64,000 bases of DNA from Podarcis pityusensis (Eukaryota), in the NCBI GenBank assembly GCA_964106645.2, contig OZ067038.1, one strand, 5' to 3'. The stretch's first letter is position 1. Every line of letters begins with the position of its first letter. The notes under the pieces were generated by a model. The model was given only the letters and a program-made list of their open reading frames with translations. It was not told where the DNA came from and searched no databases. A program made the translations under genes and the position numbers. This document shows, one piece after another, positions 1 through 15,700 of the stretch.

Positions 1-1035
1 GCAGCCTCGTCTGGAGGGGGGGAGGCGTGCATCGGGCCTGTGTGTGTTATTCACGTGTGAATATTTAACTAAATATTTAATGTCAAGCGATCTAGGGGAA
101 ATAGCTAGAGAACTTTATTGCACACGCAGGTGTGCCAACCGTACTTTTTAAAGGGCGCCTATAAAATCAAAGCGACCCTAAAGTCCCTTGGTTCTCTGTG
201 TTTGTGTACATCAGTTGTGGATCCTGTCCCAGCTACTGCTCAGAAGTGGGTAGAGCAACCAAAATAAAGTAAAATGTGTATCTGAGCACTAAGAATGATG
301 TTAGGTAGGAAATGTAGGAATGATTGGAATGCTAACCTTCCGTCCACATAAACATGGCCAAGGTGTGGTGGTGAAATGAGACCCAACTAAATCATATGTG
401 AAACAACTTTGAATGTCCCTGATTGAGTTAGCAAAGTTCCATGGGGACAACAAAATACAACATTGTATGCTCACATATGCTATAAAACATTACCTATATA
501 ACATAAACCTGTGAAAACAGAAAGTTCCCCAATGCCAAAAAGTGAGTTGAAAGCAAGAACAATGCTTTATATTATAATCATCCAAGCCACTTGTGTGGGA
601 ATTGATGGGAGTACAAAAAAGTATTGATATCTAAAGCCTACAGGGAGTTAAATAGCTTAATAAAATTCACAACAAATGTATCTGCAGACATGAAAGGGGA
701 CATGGGATTTACTGGGATACCACCTGCAAGGCACTTCTATTAGCCAAATAGCTGCCTTTATTTCTGAGTTCATTATGGAGGACTTGATTAATGATAGGAT
801 AAAAGCAGGACAGTCAAATTCAATGCAACATAATATATATATTTACAGATTACTTTTGTAGACCCTCCCTCTCAAAAAGCTTGCATCCCCAGGCTTGGAA
901 TGTCTTCTGGAGGACTGCCACAATTGTTATCCTTTTCAACTGTTTCAGCAGCTTCACAGTGGATACGACACCAGCAGCATTCATATTTTGGCCATTAGAG
1001 TCCACAGCTGCTTCTCCCTGCTGCTGATGGTCGAC

Positions 1036-1039
<4 letters not shown>

Positions 1040-1071
<32 letters not shown>
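1040..1071. repeat. (TA)n microsatellite
   Basis: Direct reading. Confidence 0.95.
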
Positions 1072-1074
<3 letters not shown>

Positions 1075-1825
1075 GCACTTGTACATCATTGTGGGCAACT
1101 TTTGATTAATTCTATGATGTCTGAAGCAGCTTTTAATTCTATGGTTCACTTTTCTCAAAAGAGAATTTTGGTAGAGAGGGTGATAGCTTGCTTCCATTTG
1201 CTGGTGTGTTTGGCTATGCTATAAGTGCTGCAGCCTCATATGGTAGGTTTCTGAAGGAGCTGATCACATCCAAACAGTGACAAGGTGGAAAATAGGCATA
1301 TTCTTTCAGTTAATTGAAATTGTGTTATTGATCCCTGATAATCCCAGTAACCAGTAAACTGCAATGATTAATTCACCCCACTTTTCAGATTGTCAACATG
1401 TATTTTCACATAGTGCCAGCTACTACTTAACTGGGCTTTCCTGGAAATCATGCTTACTTTACAGGTGGTTAAATAAGCTTTGCATTTTTAGCCTCCTTTT
1501 TTAAAAAAAGTCTTCCTGATCTTGTTTAAACGCAGCTATAAATTTTCCACTTCCCTTGAAAGGAGCTGGGCATTTCCACAGCCTCCACAACCTGCTTCTA
1601 GGGCTGTAGTTTGCTACTAGCCATTAATAGGTGCCTTCAAGAAGCTGTTGCCGTGTGGGTAGTAGCTTTGCTGATTGGGGTTTAACGATCCCCATTAACA
1701 GTGTGTGACTCTGAACTTGAATGATCATGGCTGTACCCTTAAAACAAAAGCTGTACATTATGTTCAGAATGTATGATAAAGTAATTGAAAATGTATGCAT
1801 GCAATCGACTTATCTTTCTTTTTAA

Positions 1826-1993
<168 letters not shown>

Positions 1994-2970
1994 TAGAAGA
2001 ACCTTCTAAACTTATTCTTTCACTGATCATGCTTGGTTTACTTCACTGATTTTGATAAGCATACAAGGGGTGACAATCCATTCATCTTGATGTTATTGTA
2101 AGGCATGCATTATCTATAGCTGCTCTCTGAAAGGAAAAAAATAGTTGAGCTGTGGCACTCTCATGTATTGGGAATAATGCTGTTGAATTTTATTATTGTT
2201 TAAACAAGCAAGTTACTATGTTTCAGTGAACATAGGGGAACAAATATTTTGCTAGTATGATTGTTAACTGATACTCTGAAGGATGAACAGAATAAATCTT
2301 AATGCAGCAGCCAGTCAAGATTACAGCTGAATAGTTTTTCAAGTAAGATGCTTGAGACAACATGGGGAGAGTGCTGTTTCACTCTGGTCCTGCTTGTGGT
2401 CCTGCTGGATGGGCCTTTAGTCTCATCCAGCAGAGCTCGTTATGTTATTAGGTAACTGGGCTCTGTAGAGGTAGGCTGATACAGCAGTTTCACAGCAAAC
2501 ATCCAAGTGCTTCATAGAAGAAAGAATGGAAGCTAATGTCATCAAGAAGAAAAATGTGGTTTATGATACTTGTACTCCTCATATAGTATGAAACTGGTTC
2601 TATGTTGGACTTCCATATTTGAATCTCTGATTATTTTTATTTTTGCTTTTATTCTTGATTTCCTCCATAATTACTTACAGCATCTGGTTGTTTCATTTTA
2701 TCAGTTTGGACATATGAAATCTGCATGCTAGAACATTGATATTAAACAAACAAAAAGCTGATTTTTAAAATATGATGAAGTTAATGCTGGGCATTAACAG
2801 AATGTAACTCTCTGAAAGCTGGCACAATAATTTTATGATACTTACAAATAATGTCTATGGCAAGGTGACCCATGGAGCATAAAAACTTGCAAAGTGCTGC
2901 AGAACTCATTGTTGTGATTTGCTTCAAGAGACAGCAATTGTTCTCAAATAATAGCTTTATTTTCTTTTAG

Positions 2971-3111
<141 letters not shown>

Positions 3112-3653
3112 TGAATAGCAGCTTTCTCAAGGCTACTCACTAAGCTTCATAAAGGTAGGAGTTGAACTCAAAACCATCTCTCAGGCCACTAAAACCACAC
3201 TGGCTCTTTGGCAAGCTGAATGAGAGCAGGAGCACCCCACAATGTGCAACCCATTGGCCTAAGGCATACATTGTCTCTTACTTACTGGACACAGGCATGC
3301 CATGAACAAATCATGCTTTACCAACAAATGTCTGGAGCTTGTGCTTCTGGATAATGTTTTTGTCTTGCCATCAAATAAGCTTCATGGATTAAATTAATTA
3401 GCTGTGCTGTTTTGGCTCACTTGAGATTTCATTAGTAATTTTCAATTGGGATTACGCATCTTCTGCCATTGGTGGGAGCAAAGCTTTCCCTAGGACAATT
3501 GCTTTCAAGGCTTTTGAAGCTGTTCTGTCCCTTTGTTTTAGCACATGTCTGTAATGAAGCACTAGCAAGGCATGGTGATTCGCATGAAGTATTCTGACTC
3601 TAAAAGGCCTTATGCTCCTGCTTTTGTGTTGTAATTAGATGTTTGTTTGTTAG

Positions 3654-3821
<168 letters not shown>

Positions 3822-4166
3822 TAGTGACTCAAGAAGTTGTGTTTCTCTAGAAGCCAAACACACAGACAACACAACAGAAGCACAGTTTTGTACAATGCAT
3901 GCTGCTTAAGTATGTCAAACTGTCGCATGGCACATACACAAGCCTATCCATTCCTCAGGCCACACTTTACAACTGCTGTATTTTAGCAGTGGGCCAGTGT
4001 AGTCAGCTGCTGCAGTCTGTAAACTTTGCCCACTGGAATTGTAGGAGTTCTTGGAGGTCCAGAGGGCTGGAGGTTTTCCCACATTCACGAAGAGGCATTA
4101 TAATTTAGCATCACCACAGCATTCCCTTGCTTCTGCCTTGAATTCATAAGAAGATACAGCTTAGAG

Positions 4167-4505
4167 CAGGGATGGCTAACTCAAATCAAGCCCACAAAAC
4201 TACTTTATTTGACCTTTGGAGCTGTGCCAAATTCTTACCTTCTTGTGGTAAAAAGGTTTCGCCCAAAGTTTTACTCGCAAGGCAGGAGGGAATGGTTTTC
4301 AACATTTTGCCACACTTTCTTTTGGTTTTGTTTGTAATGTCTTCGCCATGCCAAAATGCACATTTTCCCATTTGCTCTGGCGCTCTTGCCTGTTCCATAA
4401 CTTCATCGTGAAGCTTGATTGATCACTATTTAGTTAGGTTACGCAGCAAAACATTGCATGTGTTAAGTCTGGTGGTTTCCAAAATGCAGAAGTTGGCCAT
4501 CCCTA
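4167..4505. mobile_element. hAT-type MITE in C11orf58 intron 4
   Basis: TIRs cagggatggctaact / agttggccatcccta; perfect 8-bp TSD gcttagag (4159-4166, 4506-4513). Confidence 0.85.
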
Positions 4506-5001
4506 GCTTAGAGCAAATGCCTGATTTTGCATGGCTATGGGCTTATCTCTGGTGAAACGAGGCTGTAACCCTCTACCTGCTTACATGGGATTCTGAGTGC
4601 GTGTATATTGCGCTGTCGCGTACTTCAAAATTTTGCTATATGAAGGGGCCTCAACATGGCTGCTTTGTTTCCTTAATGATACATCCATCATTTTATTTGT
4701 ATGCTGCCTTTCCATAGTTTGAACCCTGCTCAAGGTGGCTTACAACGAATAGAAATGCTGTTCATCAGCCTCAGCTTTTGTAGCTGGAGTCAAATCAGGG
4801 CCCACACCTCCCAGGCCAGGTGGGAAAGGCCTGTAAGGTCTTCCAGGACTCAGCCAAGATGCAAAACTCATTAAGATGATTTTACATGGGTTTTGTACAT
4901 GGGCTTTGTTTGTTACGTTGAAACATCCATTTTTCAGTATGACTTTTAAAAAAAGGGACGGGAAGTTTTTGCATTTTCTGTAATCTGAATTTTTCTTTTA
5001 G

Positions 5002-5205
<204 letters not shown>

Positions 5206-5400
5206 CTACAGATCAAATCTGCCTTTAAGCAAAGTAAGCCTTATGGTTACAGTGCAAAGTATTGGACTGCCTACAGCACAGACCTTTCTATTATGGTTTG
5301 AATAAGGCCCTTTTAGAGAGAGAATAGTGTTTGCTTTTCCATCGCCATGAAACTATTTTTATCAGCATGACTGTATCCATTTTGTTTTGTAAAGTATGAA

Positions 5401-5406
5401 AATAAA
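5401..5406 (+). terminator. Candidate polyadenylation signal of C11orf58
   Basis: AATAAA ~195 nt after the stop, with TGTA upstream and GT-rich sequence downstream. Confidence 0.6.
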
Positions 5407-6040
5407 ATTGGGCTGGTTGTGGGGAGGGTGCAAGTTAGTTCTCGATCCCCTTTTACATAATAATTCTGTCCCCCCTCCTATTCCATGATGGCTATCAAAC
5501 CTTTCTTAAGCTTGTTAAAATGATTTATCGAAATGATACTTGATGTCTTTAAGTGTGGTTTATTTTTTAAAGCAGCACACTGGGTTTTGAATGATATAAT
5601 TATTAAAAAGTGAGAATTGGAGCTCCTTTGTCTTGCTGGCATCCCAAAAGGGAACAGTATTTTAGGATGTGCCCAGCCCTGGCTTTTAGTGTGGTGGACT
5701 TCTAATATCAGAGTTGTGCATGTGTGTGAAAGAGAGAGAAAGGGATGCATGTATGAGAGAGAAACTGATTAGCCAAAGGAAGTTTGGATAAAGAATTAAC
5801 AGACAAAATGTTCAGTGAGGGGAGTAACCTTAACATACACATTTGTAAGTTAACTGTGTTGTATCTGTGTATACATTATTGATCTTTAAAGCTTCACTGG
5901 CAGAAACCCTGAAAAGGTTAAGGAGACTTTAACAGAGTGGGTTGAAAGGAGAATAGGTACCTGAATGTGAAAAGTTTCAGTACTCCAGTACAAACAACCT
6001 GCCTCAATTTTCTCTTAAGTACATTAACTAACAACTTTTA

Positions 6041-6266
6041 CAGTGGTACCTTGGGTTAAGTACTTAATTCGTTCTGGAGGTCTGTTCTTAACCTGAAACT
6101 GTTCTTAACCTGAGCTACCACTTTAGCTAATGGGGCCTCCCATTGCCGCTGCGCCACTGCCGCACAATTTCTGTTCTCATCCTGAGGTAAAGTTCTTAAC
6201 CCAAGGTACTATTGCTGGGTTAGCAGAGTCTGTAACCTGAAGCGTATGTAACCTGAGGTACCACTG
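6041..6266. mobile_element. Tc1/mariner (Tigger-like) MITE, subfamily A
   Basis: TA|cagtggtacc...ggtaccactg|TA; near-identical to 28742-28959. Confidence 0.9.
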
Positions 6267-6486
6267 TATCTAAATTATGCATTTTAATTAGTAGTACATT
6301 GGAATCATTTTTGCTTGGTTTCAGTGTGAAACCATTTTTCCTCAGAACTTGATACCGTTTTGGTCTTTTACCTACATTATATTGATTTTGCATAACCATT
6401 CCAGCTAGAGCCTGCGAAGAGAGTTTGATGCTGTTGCTGCGGTTCTTCCAAATGAGTTATACCCATCCAGTGTTTTACAGAACGTA

Positions 6487-6731
6487 CAGTGGATGCTCGG
6501 GTTGTGAACGTGATCCATGCGGGTAGCATGTTCGCAACCCGCCGCGGCACGTCTGCGCATGCACAGGTTGTGATTCGGCGCTTCTTTGTACGCGCAAAGC
6601 GCAGTTTAGCGCTTCTGCGCATGTGCGACCGCCGAAACTCAGAAGTAACCCATTCCGGTACTTCCGGGTTGCGGTGGGTCCGTAACCCAAAAAAACGCAA
6701 CCTGAAACGTCCGTAACCTGAGGTATGACTG
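6487..6731. mobile_element. Tc1/mariner MITE, CpG-rich related subfamily
   Basis: TA|cagtggatgctcgggtt...aacctgaggtatgactg|TA. Confidence 0.8.
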
Positions 6732-9700
6732 TACTGTGGGTAAAGTGATAGAACTAAAAGGGCTGTTTGTTGAAGGAGCTGTTCACATCAAGGATTAAAG
6801 TGGCTGTAGTCTGAAAAACTACAGTTGAAGCACGTATACCTGGCATAAAATGAGAACTGATTATTCACGGTTAGTGCTGCTTACCTAATTCACCCTCTGT
6901 TCTGGATGCCTTTCTCCATTTTCAGGCTGAATAAAGAATGGCTTTCAAGCCTTCAAACAACAATAGTAGGGAAAGAAATGTCTCTCCCTGCCTCTCCACA
7001 ATCAGAAAAAACAAACTATCCCTAACTTCAAATAGCACTAATGATGCTGTTTTAGTGTTTTTCACTCCTTATCACTCTCTGAATTTTATTCCTATTTAAA
7101 TAGTAAGAAAATAGAAATAAAGCAAGCAACCAAAGATGACAAATTATGATTGAAAGGAGTTCTCATTTTATGAATGAGTTGTTTAAAAAATTCAGGTTAC
7201 TCTTGAAGATACTGTCTACAAGCAGCATTGCAAGTCCTGAATTTTTACTGGCTGAATAATTTTTATCTTTTTGATTCCAAAACATTTTAATTTAATTGAC
7301 CTTTCGTGGCATTTCTTTTTTGCTTTGCCTGTCCCCATGCTGGAAATTGCTGACAACTGATTTTCAAACTTTCTGCTTCTTATTTTTCTTGGTTAACTCA
7401 AGCTGGGTGTCTAGCTAGTCTCAAGATGGGAGTGAATGAGTCCTGTTTAGGGGAGACTTCAGTCAGGGCTGGCCTGAAACAATTTGTTGCCTGGGGCAGT
7501 GCAGCAAATGCCTTTCCCCTGCCATAGTACATAGTAATCAAGACAGATCAAGTTAATTTGGTACAGAGGCTGAGAATCCTACAAGCACCTCTTCCACCTC
7601 CTGGCAGTAAAAATACAACAATTATAATTGGCTGCTGTTTCACAACACCCCACTCTGTCATTTTACTGAACCTAGTATGGAGGACTACAGTCCAGATACA
7701 GATTTGCCTAATTTTCTCAGCATTCTCACTCCCAAGAGAAGTATCTCAGTTAAAAGAAAGGAAGGAAGAAAGGCTTCCAATTGCCAAGGGAAAACATGTT
7801 CTCACTGTGAAGGAGACCCTGTGGTCAAAAAGGAAGGGTTTTTAGAAGGTGCTCTGACTTCATACAACATTTCTAGAATTTTCTATCTACTGTTCCTAAG
7901 GATCCTCAAAAAGTTTTATTTCAGAAAGCACAATTTTAGGGCAGCATCAAAGCCACAGGTCGTTCTAAGGCTAGGGTTGGGGAATTCACATCAAAAGATT
8001 GTATGCACACGTTAGTTCTCATGGCAGGAGGACTGCTCCATGGAAATCTCCTGTGGATATGCTACAGTCCCCAGAAGAGATTAAATTATGCACTGAAGCT
8101 GCCTCTATAAAATGTAGCAGACAAAGAGACTCGGCACCACTGGTAGGCTTCATAATCAAAGCTTCACATCATGGTTTGCTTTGAGTCCTTATGAACTGTC
8201 AGGAGAAACTTGAAGTAGGAACCAAGTGTTCAGGAAACATGGAAAGGCCAGGTGGTATATTTGATATGAAAAAGCAATCCACTTTTATCAGACTTGCCCA
8301 TGAATCTTAAAAGTCCTTTGCATATGGCATTTGATAAATATGTGGCTCACTTTATACAGTTATTGACCCACCTTGATAGTCACATTGAAGATATACTTGA
8401 GTCAGAAGGATGACATAAAGTTGAAAAAAAGGTTTATAGCTAAGGCCACAGGGAAAAGTGTTAGGAATAATACGTGATCTGTGGTCTTAAGAAGCTTCCC
8501 CGTTCATTATTTCACAGTACATTCTGTGAAAATATATTATACTATATATTAGATAAATAGATATTATAGTAATTAGTCTGGTTTTATATTGGGAGATTTT
8601 TTAAAAAAATAATAATTACTGAAACTAGTTGCAAAGTAATGATGGTTGTGTCACTCGTTTTTTTCAAGCAGTTTAGGCTGTTTGAAAGTTAGCTCTTATA
8701 ATTATTCTGCACTTTGGAATACAAATTCTTTCCAGGGCTACTTCCATAAAAATAACAGTAATAACATCACAATAGAACAATGCAAGTAGGCCTGTACAAA
8801 ATGGTGCAGCATAGTGTGTTATGAAGGGTTCCACTCAACCAGCCATACCCTGCATGTTCCAGTTTACTTCATTCAGTTCCCTCCCCTATCTGGATTTCAA
8901 CCCCACCCCCAGACAGTATTCCATGCCAGTGAGCATACTGGGTACTTAAGGGGCTATTTCAGAGTGTGTGTTTTTGTTTTTGATCCTCTGTTTTCCCTCG
9001 CCCTTCTTAAAGCATTGATCCCTTGGGTTGTGGTTTTTTTGGCATTACTGTATTCTTTGGGGTCTGAGGTTGTTGACGCTGCCTTGTTTGTAGGGGTTGT
9101 GGTGATGTTTTGGCTACATAAGGCTAAGCCCTTGGGAAATGAATTTGCTTTTAGCCTGTTCCAAGTGAGACCTGAATCATCTTCCATTCAGGATTCCATT
9201 CAGTGTATGCTATTCCCCCACCCCAACAATCTGTCACCATTCCATCGCCACTGAGAATGCAGCCCTCCTTGACTTGCTTTTGTGGGTTCTTCAGGACCTA
9301 CCTCTCAGCGCGCACACAATACAGTCCAGTTGACACAGATGAGTTTTATTTATATTCTTGCCTTTTCACCCTGTTATTTTGCATTGGGCAGTTGATGGAA
9401 GATAGCTCTGTTGGGGAAGTGGACAGTCCATCTTGATCAGGCTGTGGCATCTTTGCCTGCAGCCTTGGCTCTATGTTCCTGACCATAGGGGCCTGATGGG
9501 CGGGAGCAACCTCTGACCTATTATTGCCGTACCTCCCTTGCTCTGCTTTGTTATAAAACCAAAAGACGACAAAATGAATTTCCTCTAACTCCAATCAGCC
9601 CCAGACAGTATGGCCCATAGTCAGGAATTATGGGACTTGTCCATAATATCTGGAGGGCATGACACTGGCTTCCCTGCTCCAAATCCTACCTTCACACAAA

Positions 9701-12700
9701 CAGGCATCCTACTTACATTAGCTAAGGATTACTAACTTCACTGATTGATACCTTCAGCTATATGGATCAGAGTAACATCATCATCATCATCATCATTATT
9801 ACTACTATTTCCATTTGTATGCTACATAAATATGCCCAAAGCAACCATAAGATTTCCCCAGAACAAAACACAAACCTCAGGGACTGACACAGTTCATTCT
9901 TATGTTTGCCCTTTTATCTGATTTATATTACCCATGAACTATGGCTGTATCACAGAGCCACTGCCCCATGTAGTTTGTCATATCAAAAACATGGATATTT
10001 TGATTATGGGTAATTACCATGCTAGCAAGAACCACCTGACATTGAATTTAAGAGACACTTTTTGCAAAGACTCCACATTTCCCCTCCATATCTCCATTCT
10101 TACTCCTTTTGTCTCCGGTACACTGAAAAATGGGGGTGCAATTAATTCACATTCCAATTTTAACATATTCTTTAGTTTTTTGTTTTTTTCTTGCTTCTTA
10201 TTTAAATAAATCAGACACGTTAAAATGCTTTTCTCCTTTGTCTTGTGCCTTGATTAGTGCCTTTATGAGACTCAGTGTAGCTCACTAGCTAAATAAATGG
10301 GCCATGAAGAACATTCGCTCCAGCCGTCGTGAAATCTGTTGTTAAGAGATATTTGAGGAAAGTTCAGTACAAGCATGTCATGAATTGTTTAGCTGTCAAA
10401 ATAGTCAATTGGAGTGGCTGATCTCTTTCAGATACCTTTCTGTGATTCCAAAGCAGCATGCTAATGTGGCTCACAGGAGTATAAAGTTCTCTCTCAAAGC
10501 ATTATTTGACATTTTTATTTATTCCATAGGTCAAAAGGCTACTATTTCTCCATACCATGATACTCCTGCAACACCTCCGTTTTCTTCCTTCTTCTCAGAC
10601 TTACCTGTAGTTTAAAACATTCAAAGTGTGGCTGCAGCGCAGAACACCTCAACAGACTGTATTAAAAATGCCCTTTAAAAATCCCAAAGCTTTGAACTAA
10701 AAGAAATATCTCAATAAGTTTTCATGGAAAGTTCATCTCAGTTGGTTCAATTCAGCTACACTTAGATGCACCTTTTCAAATAATGGAAAAAAGTGTAAAG
10801 AGGTCAGACCCAATCAATACACTTGTTCAAACAGAATTCCAGGCACTGTGATGTATGTACATTTTGTGCTCTTCCTTTGTACTGTTCCACTATGAAGAAA
10901 GGTTGCTTTCACTAGTAGGCAATAAAGTCTTAGCCTTTTGAATGCAGCTAACCAACCAATAGCAATGCATATTGGGCAAAAACATACAGCAGTTTTTCCA
11001 TGCCTCCTCTGTACTTCTTATAACTATGTAATTCAGACACAAACTGCATTAGCAAATGTTTTCAAATACAGAAAGACAAACAGAAATCAGAGGACTGGAG
11101 CCTCAAAAGCATGCCTTTCCAACATCTGAAGTTTGTGTCTTAGTACTGATACTATCTCTCAAGTGTACAAAATAAATTGCTATGAAAGTCACACACACAC
11201 ACATTTTTTGAGAAAGCCATTCAAGTGAGAGAAAAAATCCTGGGTGAAGCTAACTTATTAGCTGTCAAGACATTTGCTGTTTATTTTGAAACCTGTAATA
11301 TTAATATTGTTTTCCTGGGACTGGCACGCATGCTAGAGAGAACCGGGAACTCATTTACCATAGTTAACAATGATCAAAGCCACAAATGCTACTGTCCATA
11401 GTTCCAGTAGCATATTGTTGCTAATAGTTAGAAACAAGAACCATTAAGTAGCAGTACACATTAGTCTGAACCTGGACTACGTGTAAATAAGAAACACTAA
11501 TGGTAGTAACTGGCGGTCCCATAACTCACAAAGTATATTTAAGAAAAGCAACAACAGATAGAAAATTCTGAGGGGAGTGAGCAAGCGCCAGAAAGTTTCT
11601 GCAAACTCTAAACAACTTTTCTCCAATCTCGCAAGCAGGTGAAATTGTGAGTGGATGGGAAACAGGAAAATACTTCCAGAATTTGCCGTGTGCTTCTGAA
11701 CTCTGTAGGTCCTTTGAGTTGGCGTTGGGCCAAATCAAGCTTTTCCTAACAGTAAAAGATGGCCATTGGAAGAGGGGATAGGTAGCTATGACTCGATTGA
11801 TGGAGAATTTCAGTCAGCTCTTGAAAAGCATCTTTGGACCCCAAGTATTGTAATAACTACAGACTCTTTTGGGTAAGCACTAAAGAATATATTGGATGAG
11901 ACTGACCATCTGGATGACCATTGTACTTGGTTTCAATGCAGAAACTGCCTGGGCCATGACCCATGCCAGGTGAAAGACAGAGAGTAGGGCCAATTAGAGT
12001 CTGCACCAAGCTAGGAGGCAGAATAGCAAAGAGGCACTTTTTCATACTCTCCCCAATTTCCACCCTGGCTACTGCGAGTGGTTGGGCTGTGGATGCAGTG
12101 ATCATTACACTGCTACATTAAGCCCTACTCCGGCTGGGCAGGTCTTTGGATTGCTGCCTAACACTCATTGAAAGCAATGGGGCTTAAAAAATAAATCTAT
12201 CACCAGGTATTCAACAAAAATTCCTCATACACACCCTAAATTTGTTCTGTGTTTTTTCCCCAAAGCTTGAGAGCAGATCTGGAGCGGAATCCTTAGAAGA
12301 GAGGGTAAGGAAGTTCCACTGAGGTAATATCCATTGCTAACTTTGACCAGTTTTGGGGAAGCATTATGATATATTTGGCTCATTAGCCCAGGGAATGTAT
12401 CCTGCTGTTGCCCTTTGGATTGTGAGGTGGCTACAATAGCTTGCAGTGTCGTGGCACAGAATTCCCATGGCTGGATTGTCCAGTTTAATGTAAGTTTCAC
12501 CTGATGGCACTATAAAACAGAGTATTTTCTAAGAAGCTTAACTTTGAGCTTCCCTTCACCACCTCTGGATATTTCATGGTCACAACATTTACATGCATAC
12601 CTAGTTCTCAAATAAAGCGGTCTTCTCATTCATATTGTGGCATTGAACAGTTCTGAGTTTGATCAAACTCGGAATTATCCACAGTGTGAAGCAAGACATT

Positions 12701-15700
12701 GTGCAACTTGGATGTGGGTCCCTTGCTACTGACGTATTTAAAATTCCAACCGGTTGCCTTGCCAGACATTTCTTTGGTTAATGCCTTATGCCTATTACAG
12801 GACAAGAGTGTCTGTGTAACACATTGCCACAATTACAAATGAAGACTGACAAGTTTCTGTATACACAATATGCACGTTATTCTAACTATTTAAAATTCAC
12901 TTTAAATCAAGTGTCAAAAAGATGGCAGATGAGAAAATACATTTGCAACTTAGAAAAGAAGCAATGTTTAGGCTGAAGTAAGGCTATTTAAAGCAAATTT
13001 TATGGGTTTTAGACACAATAAAGTACTTTCCTGTGATGCAGTCTTGGACTGCAACCTTATTCACATGGGAACAAGCCCCATTGAACTCACCCTTACATCT
13101 GAGTATAAGATTACTCTGTTAAGCATCAGATAACACATTTGCAGGTTTGTATTCTAAAACTATGCCTGGTATGACTCTAGCAATTACCGTATTCACATGC
13201 ACAAGTGCGTGTTACTGATAAGTACAAGAAAAGTAGGGGAAGACTGATATGCACTCTGGAACAGAATGCTGCAGTGCAAAGTTTCACATCTTCCAGAAAA
13301 TTAACACAAGAATTCAAAAACAATTATTGTGGATGCATACTAAGTATTTATGCCACAAACTGGCAGGACACTGAGGAAGGGGAGGAGGATACGGATGAGG
13401 TGTGTAGCCACGACTGACACAAACTGGGACAAGCTGAAGACAGGGAAGGTGAGGTTGGGGACTTAGGAGGTACTCACAGGACATTGGAGGACATCGAAGG
13501 GGCAGGTAACAGTTCATGGAAGCCAGAGGAAAGTGCCCTCTAGGAGACTGAGGCAGGCAAGGGAATACAGCCCAGCACACTAGTGGACCAGGTGAGGACT
13601 ATGAGGTTCGTTAGGTCTGGGAGGAGGTTTGTGGTCCCTCAGCTGCATTAGGCTCAGTGCAGGTGGGGATCACATGCCTCCTCAAGTGGAGAGGCCCAGC
13701 TGCTCAGCTGGAGCAAACACAGATGCAGCAATCAAGATTGAGAAGGATAAAAGGGAAGCAAGGCAAAAGCCTCTGTGTCTGCTCAGCTCTCTCTGCTGAT
13801 GGGCCAGAGCTTGGCAGCTTTTGGACTGTGATTTTGGGAGTGACCCCCAGGTGTTCCAACCCTGGATCTTCTGCAAAGGCGGGAACCTAGCCTGATGGTT
13901 TGACTTTGGAACTTGCTCTTTGCATTGGACTTGGACCTGTATTTGACCATTTGGACTGTCTGCCTATCTAGTGTTGCCCTTGGGACTGTGTGCACTATCA
14001 CGACTTACCTCTGGGTATGCCAGGGTTCAGGGCAATTTATTTAGCGCCACAGTGACCAAGAACAGAGAAACAACAGCTTGACAGGATAGGCTTATACTTG
14101 AACAAATATAATCAGTGATACCTTCAGTTGTATCTGCAACCAACCCAAAAGCTACTCTGGAACTCCCGAAAGCTCAGTGTAAATTATAGCATATCCTATT
14201 GTATGCACTTAGCCATCCTGTGAGTTGCCCAAGACTATTCAGCAAGGCTCTATCTGGGGCTTCTACATCCAAATCCAATTTACTGAACCAAAATGCTCTT
14301 TTGTATTATGGAATAACCTTCTCTTCCAGCAGTGCAATCTCTATGATGTGGTGATAAAGAATGAGCCAGGAGTTAGAGACACTCACCAAGCACTACAGCA
14401 TTGTATATGAACAGTGAACATACAGTATTAGGGATGGATTCAAATCCTACTGTTCAGGAAAACCTCTCACTGAGTTTACTGTGGACTTCAATCAGTGCTA
14501 GTAACATCAGTAACTAAAAGTCAAGCCAAACCAAGCCCAAATCAGATGAACCATATCTGAACATCCAAAGGCAGTTCCAGTGTTATGTTAATAGTTTAAT
14601 ATGTACATTTACATTTTCCCCAAACTGTTACATTTTATTTAAATTAATGTTTTCTGGCAAAATATTTATTTCTACATTTTAATAAAGGCAAAAATAAAAT
14701 AATTTCATTTTGGCAAAATGTTACAGACTTGACACAGGCAGTATTCAGTTAGTAAAAAATAGACTGCATTTTCTAAATACATTTCTCAAGAATAGCTTCC
14801 AAGCATAGTCAAAATAGAGTAAGATTTTTTTATTTGATAATTTTAAACACCATCACAGTTACTTTTTTGATAAGAGCAATAAGTTAGGTGGAGACTGAGG
14901 ATTGGAGCTAGACTTTTACCTTCCACAGATGGAAAGGCTTCTGTACATGGAAGGCTTTGATCTACCCGATGGATCCCAGTAGCAGAAAGAGACAGGGGAC
15001 ATTTTCCAATTTTTCCTACCTCCTATAGGTCTCCCAGCCCTCCAGAACTGTGTGAGGGGGCACTGGGGGCTGCAGAGGGAATTGCCAAAATTTGTCTCCA
15101 ACATCTCTTATCTTCAACAGGAGAAGCGAAGTCTGGATCCAACACTTTTAAATAACTTCCCAATATCTTACTAATGGCGGGGGGTGGGGCTTTTCTTTTT
15201 GTGAAACTTTTCTTCAAGCTAAATGGCAACTGCTGAAGTAGACATACCTAAATCCATCTCTGAACTGCCCTTAACAAAAGGAAGTGGAAAACTGGAATTG
15301 TATTAGAACGGATTTGTTACCACTTCAAGAGATACAGATAACAAGAATGAGTTTGAGAAAAAAGGTTAAAGCCACTACACACGTGGGTTTGTCTTACAGA
15401 GAGAGAATTTATGAGTAGGAAAAATTATCTACCCTGTCATTTTCCCACAAGCATTCAGGTTGAATACACAGGTCGACAAACACAAAGTTGCAAAAGAAAA
15501 TTGTTCTTTAACACAGACCTGCTTTTAGCGTAATCATATCTAACCTCTTCCTCAGCTTCTGGATCTCTTTCTCTCAAAGTATTAACAAATTAATCCAGCC
15601 TTAACCCTACCCACCACTTCCTGAACACTTGAATTTGTCACATTTATTTTGACCATTACATCCCAATAAATTGTGTGGGCCAGAATCCAGAGAGATTATC

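Noticed and set aside
850-1224. Overlapping 115-aa and 109-aa ORFs
   Set aside because: They run through a (TA)n microsatellite (IYIYIY) in C11orf58 intron 1; no protein-like features
6377-6716. Three overlapping ORFs in a CpG-rich patch
   Set aside because: They coincide with a non-autonomous MITE; no transposase motifs
8814-9254. 146-aa hydrophobic ORF on +
   Set aside because: GTG start, T-rich low-complexity origin, no recognisable family or splice context
11500-12500. Cluster of 70-91-aa minus-strand ORFs in moderately GC-rich sequence
   Set aside because: Interrupted by stops, no motif recognised; needs BLASTx before any claim
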